A stretch of DNA of 64,000 nucleotides from Catajapyx aquilonaris. Its lineage: Eukaryota. Position 1 is the first letter of the stretch. Each line of letters opens with the position of its first letter. The DNA is taken from the NCBI GenBank assembly GCA_000934665.2, contig KZ538123.1:1-64000 (forward strand), read 5' to 3'. The position numbers were made by a program, and so were the translations under genes. The notes below the pieces were generated by a model. That model was not told the DNA's origin and did not search any database. It was given only the letters and a program-made list of their open reading frames with translations. Of this stretch, positions 52,301 through 64,000 are shown in pieces.

Positions 52301-55300
52301 CGTATCATATCTATTATACCAAAACTAACCTACTTAACCTAACCTATAACCTAATCCAACTTTGGCGTAACGAACCATCCCCTGGTACCACGACGTGATT
52401 ACACAAAAGTCATCTGCTATGTTCAAGGCGACACGCGTTGGGCTCTGCGTAATTACGCGAAGTTGGGAAAGCAAAAAGAGGATTATTTACGCAACAAGGG
52501 GCGACGATGTAAGGTCGCAATTTAATACAGACTCAAGGTCAGTCAAAGTCATGTTTTTTTCCACTAGCAGTGAACAGATTAGGCCTTGTTGTCAAGAGCA
52601 TAATCATTACCCGGGGGAGGGTTACGCGTTATTGAAGTATTAGCCCCAAGTTCAATCTCTCAGTCCGGTATTGTGGGGTATGTGGGGGTATATGGGACAA
52701 TCAAGAATCAGCGTTAAAACAGGTCAACCTGATCATCGCAAGTAATACCCCCTCCCCAAAAAAGCATGCCGCAAATTACAATGGTGTCCGTCGCTTAGTG
52801 GTTCACCGATAAGCTCCATAGTTGGCTTTTGTGGCTCACCGATAAGCGGCCGTACAGTTAGTACCGTAGGTTTTTGTGGTGCATTTTTAAGGATTAAAAC
52901 CGGCTTAATGTATTGGATAAACGGTGCACCTTCCGGCTGTTAACAGCATTTCCTAGGGCCCTTATGGCCCGGATTTTGGAAATTTGAGGGCTGCTGTTGT
53001 CACCGCTTCACAAAGACGCTTATGCAAAACTAAGACATACCATATCTCTTGATGCTCAAACTAGTCTGAGGCCCATTCTTGGCAATTCAAACTGGATTTT
53101 CGGTTTTGTGCGCACTCTCTGTAACCGTATCGTGAAGAGCGGAGTCAACCAGCTTCTCCTGTTTCATCTAGGCATTCTAGGGCATGAAACAAAATGCAAA
53201 CAGAGAATACCCTACCGAGTAATTGGTTTTTAATAGTAATACAGGCCTTAACGTGGAAGGCCGCAACAATTCATTATTCATTTGATTTTGTTAGGAGTCA
53301 GGACCGGAAAGTTTTCTTGAGAAAGTCTAAAAGCAAGTGCTGCTGATTTCGCTTGAAAGGGTGGGTATTTAAAGGAAAGTTACTTTATTAATGTAACCGC
53401 CACTAATGTGGGCTATACTTTATCAATACCCTAATTATACTTGGGAAACATCGGCTACTGTATCTATATAATTTGCTCATACGAGCTATCTGATAAGAAT
53501 AGATTATATACTGTAGATCAAAAATGTGCGGGTAGACAGGTGAGTGTAAAAAAACACAGCTCACGCCGTAATCTATGGGTTTCAAGTTAGCTGATATGAT
53601 CTACGTGTGTATGTTAAAATATGGGTCCTCTTGAGGAATGAAGATGCAGGGTCGTCCTTATTAACGGTTTTCAACCCAATACTTCATTGCGGTCATAAAC
53701 AATCTAATCCATAAAGCAGAGTTTCGTATTCCGCGTCGGTCTCATCAGCCGAGATCCGCCGCGAAGAAAATGGTTGCAATGACATAATTAGTCAAACGAA
53801 TTGCTTTCTATTAGTGACAAGATATGTACCGGAACACCTCATTATTTGAAGCTTAATGTTGCTAATCGCCATAGTTTCCGCGACTATCTGAATATCACTG
53901 TAGCTATTACACGCATTGACCCGAACTCCTCTGAGTCGGAATCTAACCGCAGTTCACCGAACGCTCCAAGGGGCCAGGTCTCATACCTGTGGAGAAATAC
54001 ACCTGATCAAACTTCAGGCTGAAAAAAACTAGTCAGATATTCGCAGGAGTCTATAGTCAAGCATGCATTACAAAGCTTTGCGTTGCTGAGCAGTAGTTTA
54101 TTGGAAGTGGTGAACATCGAGACCTGAAAGGAAGGTGGACCAGCAGACCGACCTGGCGCTGCTATCAAAGGATCTCTACACGTGGAGGCATCCAGTGACC
54201 CGGGAGAGAGGGCCTAATGGAAATGCACTAAGTCTAGAACTGCAAGGAAACTTGCTGCCATGAAAGTTGGAAATGTGGGCATTCGATGCACGCGATCTTC
54301 ACAAATCAAGACGCGCCTTCCTCTCCGGGTGGATTCAGGGTGAGAGAATTACTCGCGGTTGTCTCTCGGGTTGTTACCGAAAATTATGCAGCAAAGGTAG
54401 TACCTTGGGTCTTTCTACTTGCCACACTTTATGCCAAGTTTTCATTATTTGAAGACGTTGAAGAAAAGTAATAAGTTATCCTCCTGACGCAAGCAGCTCA
54501 TATACCCAAGATTCCAACCTAAGTCAGAAAGACAAGCGAGAATTTCAGATATGAGCTGACGTTTTGAGCGCAGTATATGTAGGTGTTTTACGCCCGGAAG
54601 CATGTACGATTATATGCCAAAAAAGTTTTGGACATCCGTATCCTGGAGCTCTGCAACCATGCACCCTTCCCGGATGAGGGGTTAGGAAAATTATTAAAAA
54701 AAATCACAAGAGTGCTGATGTTGTCCTAATATAAGAACGAAAATATTGATCTGAAACTTTTTTGACATGTAGTTGTGGGTATTGAATGATCTGTTAAACT
54801 CGTAGAATTTATTTGATTTCTAAGTGTTTTCAAAATTGTGGGCAGACTTACAGAGGTGTGGCATATGTTGCTAATGCTCTTCACTTTTTGAGAGGGAGAA
54901 GTTAAGAAGAGTGGAAGCACTCGTCAAAGTCAAGTTTCAACCATGAGATATGAGCAAAGGCTAAGGTGCACAATTTCCAATGTTTAAATGGCAGGTATAA
55001 TTTTGTAAAGTTGGAGATGTGTTAAAAAGCATATATCAAAGTCAGTCACATTATCAAAAGCACTCTAACCTAGCCTGACCTCGCTTTTAATCTGTACTGC
55101 ATATTCTGGGAACTATATGCACTTAATTTGATGCTAAATCTGACAAGTAGAACCCAAAATATAGAGTTCCCCATCCACATCCTTTACCACTTTATGACCA
55201 CACCTCCGATCGAGTATCCGATTGCCGCACAATATAGGGGGTACCACCCACTTGCATCATCAATAATTACATGGCATGAATTCAGTTTTATTTTAGACCT

Positions 55301-57511
55301 TTCTCGAACAGCTGCATTTTAAGCGTTGGTTTAAGCGTTGCGTAAGTTGAGTTCTATGACAAACGCTCCATTAATTTTCATTCCGGTTGTTCTAGCAGGG
55401 TAAACCGGATGAGGTCAAGGATGGTTTATTCTTACAGGATTTTTGCAATAAAGTTTTTTTTGGTGTGTTTATGACCTCTGCCGGATATAAGTGAGGAATC
55501 CAGACAAGACTAATAAAAGCCAAATATTTGCAAAATGAAGATGCTACTGTCTGCTGCTTGAAAATTCCAGCAGGCGTAATATAACTTAATATAATATAAT
55601 ATAATATAATAATTATAGGTCTATTATTGCAATTAATTCAAGATGAATATACACACTTGACCTCGTATGTTGTAGAAAAGCAATACATATGTGAAATTGT
55701 ATCTATATGTTAACGTCGTGTACCTGGAAAAAGACTAGTTACTAATGCAGTACTGTATTGCTTGTGTATGTAATCTGTGAAGTTTAGTTAAATCTACCGC
55801 AACAAGAACAAACTCATCAGGGTTCTGGTTAAACCAATGAAATGATTCATTTCCCCCCTGCCGCTTTATTATGTAACACATTTATTATAAATGAAGCCAC
55901 AGTGTAGAGACAGACAGTGCTACTTCTACCATTTCGCCACCTCATTCGGCAATATTTCAACTTGGGGAGGGGGAAAAAAACCCTTTGGGTAACGCAAACA
56001 TCTAGGTGATATATGCAGTCTCTCCCACTGCCACAGCATATCGCAGCAAATAGGATTAGACAGCGAAACACCATCGAAGGCCTTAATTATTAATAACTCA
56101 CGCAATATGGAAGTGATTACAAGCTAATGCAATGGAGTTTGCCGGAATTAACATTTATAACGATGAAAAACCATTGATTGCCAACTATGCTTTACTTATG
56201 ACTTTCGCAGAAAATGAATTAAGAGCTCTGCCTCGCTTACGGTCCCGAATGTAACTTTATTTAGAGTATAGAAATTTTGCGGCTGAAACAAACCGCAAAG
56301 TCTGAACAAGACTTACGGGAAGGTCTATAAGTAGGAACCACTTCGTAAGTAGCAGATGCGATGTACAATGGAGGTAAAAATCAATAATTCAATCGTGGAT
56401 ACCCTGCATCGAAGATGTTAATTAAATAAATATACCGACACATATAAATATAATGGTCGGTATAATTGATCAGCATACGTATGTTAAATCCTTCCATCCA
56501 GCCCATTTCAAACTGGTACTGCCATTGCTAAAACCCAAGCCCCAACCAGTGGGCATCTTCCATGAGTGTACCTGTACCCGTTAGCGGGGCGTAAATGTCA
56601 GTTCTCAGTCCACCGCATCACCACCATCACAGCCTGATTTACATCCTACCCATCTGCTGTATAGCCTATACACATGCCCCGTGCCTCTGGCTCACATAAA
56701 TGACAGTGATTTTTCTTGTGCCCGTCACTCGGCTTATTTTCAGATGACCGCTTACCATTGGCTTCAGCTCTGCCATCGCCAAGTACGGGTTTACATTTAG
56801 AAATCCTGAAAATAACGCATTCAGCGATACCCCCAGATCCCTTTGGTCTCCAGACCACAATAGAATATGGTGTTCGCAAAACGAGCGCTTTCCTTCCTTT
56901 TGCGGTATGCTTCTACCATTGTGAATGGAAAAGTCTCGCGGAACATTTCCGGGAAATGCCTCCCAAGAGAGCCACAGGCGCTCAAAGTTGAGGCACATTT
57001 GACCACCGGCCATTAGGACCCGGCGGTGCACATGTCAAATGGGGAGCCAGCAAATCAGCCGATTTGGAAATCCCTTCGCAACGGAAGCTGCAAAGGTCGT
57101 TTCGATTAGCCGCGATGTTCCATGCATCCTCCTGCCACACCTTCAGCAACAACCTGAATGGGCCACCAGATGAATAGGCCCGTGTCGTGATAATACCCAA
57201 CCCAGCTCATTTTCATCCTGTCCATCCCCTGTCACCTTTCCGACCACGCTCGCTTCCCCAATCCCTGCCACAGCACCGTGACAGCGACGCAAGCCGCACA
57301 CTTAGCCGCCGATCCCACAACCGTATATCTCCATCTCAGCCGTATCTCATGACAAGCCTCAGCAGTAACCGTGACGACCGTAACAAATCAAGCCATCAAC
57401 CTCCAGAAAGCCGGTAACAACTATACCGCCATCAGATACAAACAAGTGTATATAGTATCAGAAAGAATCAAGTGAGCGTGAACGCACGAGTCATTAGTAA
57501 GGTATACTTAC

Positions 57512-57600
57512 CGGGTGGGCGGTGTACAGCAGCCCTCTCCGAGCAGTCAACTCGAACTGGCACTCTCAGGAACCGCCAGCCAGATGGCGCGAGTGAATGG
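57512..57600 (-). promoter_or_regulatory. Candidate non-coding first exon/TSS of Dgk
   Basis: Strong donor CCG|GTAAGT at 57511/57510, GC/CpG-rich context, Inr-like CATTCACT near 57593-57600, no AUG in the segment. Confidence 0.4.
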
Positions 57601-60600
57601 ATTCCCCTTTCTACAGCACCCCGACGCTACGGCACCCCCCTCTCGGCCTCCACTCAACACTCTAACGCACACCCCGGCCTACACACCAAGCCCCATTGAT
57701 TTTTGCCTCCGGACCAAATAAAATATCATGATTTGCGGCAGCCAAGTGCCATGTACGGGGACATATGCAACCTAGACGGCTTTATGTCATCGAGGTTTGG
57801 GTGATAGACGCAGGGTTTTTATTTCGGAAGGGTATGACACCGTCCTTCTTCTCTGTTGCTTTCAGAGTCAACAGCTATGTCCGGATAGAGAGGGGATAGA
57901 ATATATTACGGTACAGAAAAAACAAATCGCTTGAGAGGAAGGGAAAAAAATACGGATTTTCTATGAGTGTTATGGATGTTTGCGGAAATATCAGAGTTGA
58001 GAGAGGAAATGTGGAGCAATGATAGATTCGAAATGGTGGTATTATAATAAAAGGGTCCGCTAGCTATATATTTTATCCGATAGATTTCTGTTTGGAAACA
58101 CTTAGGAAAGAGCAAATATTTGCTCGCTTTGCCGCACTAATTTAAAGTGTAAAGAAACTTCCCCTGCATTAATCAGTTGTCCCCGAGGATGGTGTTACGC
58201 AGGAGGGAACCAACACTCACAGCTGAAAATCAGATAATGGGGGGGGGGGTTAAATATTTCAATTTACTTACTCCTCTAGAGGTAGGGGCATCGTGACAAA
58301 GCAATAGTTCGCGATAAGTAGACTCCCTTTTGTTTCTATGGCGACGTAAGATTACGGAGCATCTGCGTCTACCTTAAATGGGCATCATGATGACTACTTA
58401 GTGCACTGTGCGAAAAGTTTGGTTCCTTTCCTCCATTATCGCGCATATACTTACAGCACTCTGGGTCACTGTTTCCTTCCTGAACCCATCGCATTTTCTC
58501 TTCTGTAATTGTATCTCTTATTGCCCCCTGAAGGCAAGAGCCCTACTTCGGGGAATAAGTATCTTTATTTGGGTAATTAACTTCCCCAAGTTCAGAAACG
58601 GAGTTTAGGAAAAGGGCCGGCAGGATGGGAAGCGCAGGTACAAGTTCAATGTCGGATAGAATTTTGCGCGGTTCCTCCCCGCTGGGATATCTCCACGATC
58701 ATCTCCAAAAAAAAAGAAGAAAAAAAAGAGCGGAGCTCGGAGAATCTCCAACTTCACACGATATAAAAATGAAAAGATTCCTTCCTTTGGAATCGAAACT
58801 GGGACCTTTCTATCGGCGAGAGACAACGTTGCCGTTTCTGCAACCACCTCCCATGAGAGGATAGTTTTTTTTTTGAAATATTTGATCCCTCCGGGGCTTC
58901 TAGATCGGATGTCTGTCAAAGCATGACGTAATCATGCAGCTTTGCGGATTTCCGATATGAAAGTTTGCTTACGTCATCCGATTAAAACAAATGTATTGTT
59001 AGTACAGTGCAACCTATTTATAACTGACCATCAATACAGTGGAACATATATGCTGGCCCAGTTGGCTATGAAATAGGTCGCATTGTGACGGAAGATTTTC
59101 GAGGAACAGCGATTTGGTTGTTTGTTTGTGTGTGTTTGTTTGTTTATTACAACACTCTCTGAATATTTAACTTAAAATACCGGTATATACCTTAACCCCT
59201 CATTATTAGTGATCTTTACGAACCGGATATACCTTCAGTGCTTGAAGAAACTCAATGAAAAATAATAAATACATGCCTTCCAACCTTTCAGTTATGTAAC
59301 TGAGTGGTTCCCCACTCTCCACTGTACGAGTTCATCAATTTAAAAAAAAAACCGGTCGTGACTGCATCCGACCCGACCCAAACCTTGTTGACTAATATCA
59401 AGCCCAATATAGACCGCCATCACAATTAGCGGGGGCGATGTTAAAGCAAGCGGGAGATATTCCCCGCCCGAAATAGATCCGCTTGCTGTGTACGACCGCC
59501 CGCGGCAAATAAACAATCTCATTGATTGTGATAGTTCGGAGCGGCGCGTCGGAACCGCAGCTGAGAAGAGACATTCGGCAGCTGCGCTCCCTGCCAGTAT
59601 ATTATGCAAGGGGAACTAATGTGCTGGCTTATTTGCGGCCATCGGCATTAGTAGGCCGATAATGTTCAGGGGGCACCGGAGGCGTACATGCCCGCGCATT
59701 TCCGACAACCCTATTTTCGATCATCCGCCAATTGTGGATGCCTATCGCCATCTAGTATGGAGGGATTTAGCGCTCAACTTTGTTCCAGAGCGGAGTGTAA
59801 ACGTCTGATGAATCTTGCCAGAACTTCAGGAAGACCGGTTTTTGGCAGGTGGTTGTGGAAAATTTCGCCAGAGAGCAGAGGTTCGCGTCCTGAGAGACGA
59901 TTGGCAGCAAGGTCGCCAGGTGGCAGATGGCTGCCACGTGGCGTGAGAATCGATACGATGAATCTTTAAGTTTATGAATCTGGGCGATAAATTATTTATT
60001 ATTGATTTTTTTTTTTGCTAATGTCAATACTAGGACTTTGCAATCTGGAAGGGAGGGTGACTCACGTCATCGTCATCAGTGTTGACGGGCTTTCAAAGAT
60101 GATTAAGCATCTTTTGTTGCTAATGAGAGGACACTGATTTGCAGCATTGTTGCGACGTTAATCGCGTCAAGGATCATTCTGACGAGAAGTGTCGCTCAGA
60201 ATAATATTGTATAGCCTGAAGGCAGAAGTGAACAGGGTGTTGTTTTCTCGCACCGGAGAGAGTCTAGCATACATGCACTATGCAACTTATTCTTATAGAA
60301 GAATAGTCTATCCTGCAACTTTTGAAGACCTGAAACAATATTAGAGTCACGTTCTGGTTATTTCGGTTAGTGGTCCCTGAATTGGATCGCTGGGGTGAAC
60401 AGATGTTGGTTAGTAAGAGATTCAGTGTTATCTCCATGCGATGGTCGCACGTGTTTAGTCGGGGTTCTCTCCTTGCATATCACAATCAAAATCATTCGGC
60501 AGCGTAACGATTAATAAAGGGTCGGAAAAAAAGTGCATCACCTATAAGAGGCCACAACTCGACAGTGATCAAAGCATGATCGTGGTGAATAAATTTCTTG

Positions 60601-60759
60601 TCTTTATTTGATGGTCTCAGGAAAAATTACATTGGGGGTAGTAGTCTAATATTGCCAGGCCAGATAATCTGCTTCGAAAAGTATAGTTATGACTTCCACG
60701 ATGATATGCTATGTATTGGTTTGAGTTATTGAGCTCGTTGAGGCTATTAAGCCAATGAG

Positions 60760-60920
60760 GAATGGAAGAGAATTGCGAGGAGAAAAATTGGAGAGTGGGA
60801 GGGAACAGAGAAACTCATCGAAACTATTTCCATGTGAGAAAATCCTCTCTCCGAGCTGGGGATCGAACTCGGGGCCTCAGAGTTGCCAACACTAAATCAG
60901 CGTGCTACCAGCGCTCCACC
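60760..60920 (-). mobile_element. tRNA-derived SINE head plus part of body
   Basis: Minus-strand A-box-like GTGGAGCGCTGG (60908-60919), B-box GAGTTCGATCCCC (60858-60870). Confidence 0.55.
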
Positions 60921-61358
60921 ATTTATTGGTATAAGTTATGCAAAATTACGCAGAGAGCCTTATGGAAGTATGAGGGGACCTGCCTTTCGAGCCTGCGTTC
61001 AAAGAAGCTTCAGATTCCATTCATGATCTTATCCAACCTGTGACACGTTGCACAATCTTGCTGGATATAGCCATCCACCTGGTTAACACACAATCATGGT
61101 TAACACACTTGATGAAAGTCAGCATTTCAGTTCAGTCTCTTTGGAGTAAAATTGCTACAATTAATTTTATTACTATACGAGATACTTCTTTTGGACGTTC
61201 TTTGTCAATATTGCATTACCGCATCCAGCAAAATTTTGTTCGGGTCACATCTCGATTTTACACCAGGTGTGGTCCCACTAATCCTAATAATCCCTGACGT
61301 GAGGTTAGGGAACACAGTGGAGGAAGATTCCGTTTTGTAAGCCGATGCTGATGTGGAC

Positions 61359-61363
<5 letters not shown>

Positions 61364-61441
<78 letters not shown>
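61364..61441. repeat. (AT)n microsatellite, ~39 units
   Basis: Direct reading. Confidence 0.98.
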
Positions 61442-61443
<2 letters not shown>

Positions 61444-62090
61444 TTTCGTTCTTTGCATAATGAGACCACAACGGCAAATGAGGCTTCAAAATATAGATGA
61501 TACTTCACAACTGCATACCCACTTTACCAAAATTGATATCTAAAATTTATTATGGTGCACAAGTCGATCTCTAACCGATATTTAGAACAGCATGAAATGG
61601 CCAATTTATTGAAAAACTATTATAGGCCTAGATACGTATTTCAGATTTTTGCTGATACCGGCTAGGTAGATCTATTTTCAACAAATTAATATCGATTTCA
61701 AAGGTCGTACTTACCACTGCAACCCAATACTGTAGGTTATACTGTATTTGAGGTTTATGGCAACAGTTGCTTTCACATTGTTTCTGAAAACCTCATGTGA
61801 ACACTGAACACAGACGGCAAGGGTATCTCATACCAAGTGCTGACTACTCTTCCGGTACTTGACATGCTATGAGTTTCCCCATATCATGTTATATTTCATT
61901 ACATTATACGGTACACTCATTATAATGTATAATAGTAGCCTAATAACTTTCAGAATTATTATTGTTATCCCTGCAAGGCTGATAGTAGTGTAGATAATTT
62001 ATAAGCCATGGGTTTAGGGGCTCGTATGGGCGATTTGACATTGTTCACAACAATTAGCCCAATTAGCCTACTGACAGTGAGATAAACGAT

Positions 62091-62150
62091 TCCAATACAG
62101 CAACAAAGAGCCGTTACTAACCAACCGAAAAAACATTACCAGTATATTTT
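62091..62150 (+). repeat. ~60-bp direct repeat, second copy at 63941-64000
   Basis: TCCAATACAGCAACAAAGAG(C/T)CGTTACTAACCAAC... present in both places. Confidence 0.85.
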
Positions 62151-62422
62151 GTGGATATTTTGAGTAAAACTGTAAAATCGAGCGTTTTTAAAAAAATTTG
62201 GTCATCAAATTAAGTAATTTTCAGGGAACTAATATTATTAAGTTAGAGAGACATGGTCCCCACTCCCGCGAAGACATTTGTGGAAGCTGCGAAACGATGG
62301 AAGGTAAATATATCTGAAACCAAACGCTCGTTAAGAAATTAATGTGTAAAATGCCGTTTGTTCAACATGTGCTCATGCGTGGATATACAGGGGTTGGACC
62401 GTGGGTTGGACCAAGGGGTTAA

Positions 62423-62554
62423 CCACTTCGGTACTCCGATGTACTACGTACACCTGCAGTGGTACTCCCAGGTACCCCTTAAGTATCTTACTCTTTGGTA
62501 CTCCTTGGTACTCCTTGAATTTGGTACTCCAGTGTACACTTTACAGTCGAGTGG
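62423..62554. mobile_element. TTAA-flanked MITE (piggyBac-like) with internal GGTACTCC repeats
   Basis: TTAA|CCACTTCG ... CGAGTGG|TTAA; five exact GGTACTCC copies at 62430, 62461, 62497, 62507, 62523. Confidence 0.6.
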
Positions 62555-64000
62555 TTAACCCATTGGGTTGGACAAAATAATAATGTCACCTGCAAAAAGC
62601 GGTTGAAAATTCACATCTGTTTTACTGATTCGAAAACTGAAAAATAAAGTTACAAGGATGACTTTAACTGTGTTTTGAAGCTCTGCCGGTTTAACCATGT
62701 TTTGTAAAGATGTGCAGATGACGAAAAAATCACAGGAAGGGGAGAGAAACAAAAGACGAACGGCCCCCCCCCCACCACCACCACCACTACCCCATTTTTT
62801 ACCAAAGGGTCCCACCCTTTTAATTTGAAAAGGAAATTAGGTACAGATATGGACTTTAGTGGGTTTTGAAGCTATATCGATACCATTTTGTGTGGTATAC
62901 AGATGGACCAGTACAAAGAGCTTAATACTAGGAAGAGTGGAAAAAAACAGCTGGTAGCATAGCAACCGTGTCTCCAATCGACTGACCTGCCACCTGGCGA
63001 GTCGGTAGCCAAACTCGATACTGTATTGTACAATACGGTAGATCGAGGCAGCGCCGGAAATATGGCAATAAAAGCCCCAGGGGTTGGAAATAAGCTATAA
63101 GCACTCGTATACTCTCGTTGGTGTAAAAATTGACGACAAAACACGATGTAGAAGACCTGTGAATAAAATACCATCACGAAAAGCAAATTGTTTGCCAGAA
63201 GTTTATTGCCACTACAATAATCCCACACTCTGCGCTATACAATACACACCACGGTAGGCTACTGTACACACTGGTCATGATGCTGAACATGGTCATGACA
63301 GGAAGATGTACCCCCCGCTGCTATGTCCATCTTGTGGCGGGTCGGGGTTGTTCTTCTATACCGTGAACTCGAGAGCCGTGGAGGGTCCTTTGGTAATGAA
63401 AAGAATGCGATCCGACGACCCCGTGCGCGAACAGCAGTAGTAGCACTCGGTACCCACCCCCCGACCGTCTACGCCCCACTATGCCAGCCTTGGAACTTGT
63501 TCTATTTCAAAATTCGAACGTGATTTCTAAGCAACGATGTGATTATTTGGATTGTTAGGTGCAGGGTGGCAAGCTGCGTCGAATATCAGTTTCGAGTCCA
63601 AAATTAGTGCCTTAACCGCATACGACCTCACATTGGTCAGTTTTTAGATTTATAACTCTTAATTATGTGCCTCTTGATATTAAATCAACACAGTTTATTG
63701 AAATTCATCTCGACAGCACTCGACGGTGCCGCCTAGTGGCGCCGCGTAGTGGTCGGTAGCCAAACACGTTGACTAAACAACTGGCCAAAAAGTGGCGACG
63801 CTTGGAAACCGTTTTTTCCACTCTTCCTAGTATTAAGCTCTTTGGACCAGTACTCACGCGCGTGCCGGGCGGGGGGAAAACGGGAAACTACATGTTGTTA
63901 TGTACTGTACAACAATGACTGAGCTAAACAATAATATTATTCCAATACAGCAACAAAGAGTCGTTACTAACCAACTGAACAAAACATTATACATATTTTT

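Noticed and set aside
53719..53752. Minus-strand CTGATGAG...GAAAC hammerhead-like core
   Set aside because: Stem II pairs poorly, and no stem I/III partners or NUH cleavage site could be placed
57504..57514. ATACTTACC matching the U1 snRNA 5' end
   Set aside because: The downstream sequence is not U1; it is simply the complement of a 5' splice site
41142..61508. ORFs containing ER and IY dipeptide runs
   Set aside because: Translations of the (CT)n and (AT)n microsatellites
1..64000. CRISPR array, operon or prokaryotic defence system
   Set aside because: No regularly spaced repeat-spacer array or long intronless ORFs; the window is a spliceosomal eukaryotic locus

Overview
This is a gene-sparse, repeat-rich animal genomic window, probably a protostome or arthropod-like invertebrate; it is not prokaryotic. 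Its main content is one complete, intact type I diacylglycerol kinase gene (DGK alpha/beta/gamma class, Drosophila Dgk-like) on the minus strand. I traced 18 coding exons by hand from ATG 30314 to TAG 3722. All introns are GT-AG with consistent phases, giving a 2736-nt CDS of about 911 aa: N-terminal DAG_kinase_N/RVH region with a Ser/Thr-rich insert, 2 EF-hands, 2 C1 domains, and catalytic and accessory domains. Positions 30420-64000 contain no recognisable intact gene and are probably a long 5' intron plus promoter/upstream DNA, with a candidate non-coding first exon near 57512-57600. The rest is tRNA-derived SINE heads, several MITEs (Harbinger-, pogo/Tc1-, hAT- and piggyBac-like), decayed TE coding relics, microsatellites and two N gaps. 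I found no convincing novel multi-gene system. The best leads are regulatory features of the Dgk gene (uORF, 9-nt microexon, tandem donors, distal first exon, C1A Q->K, polybasic insert), a pre-miRNA-sized hairpin, and a nested TTAA MITE.
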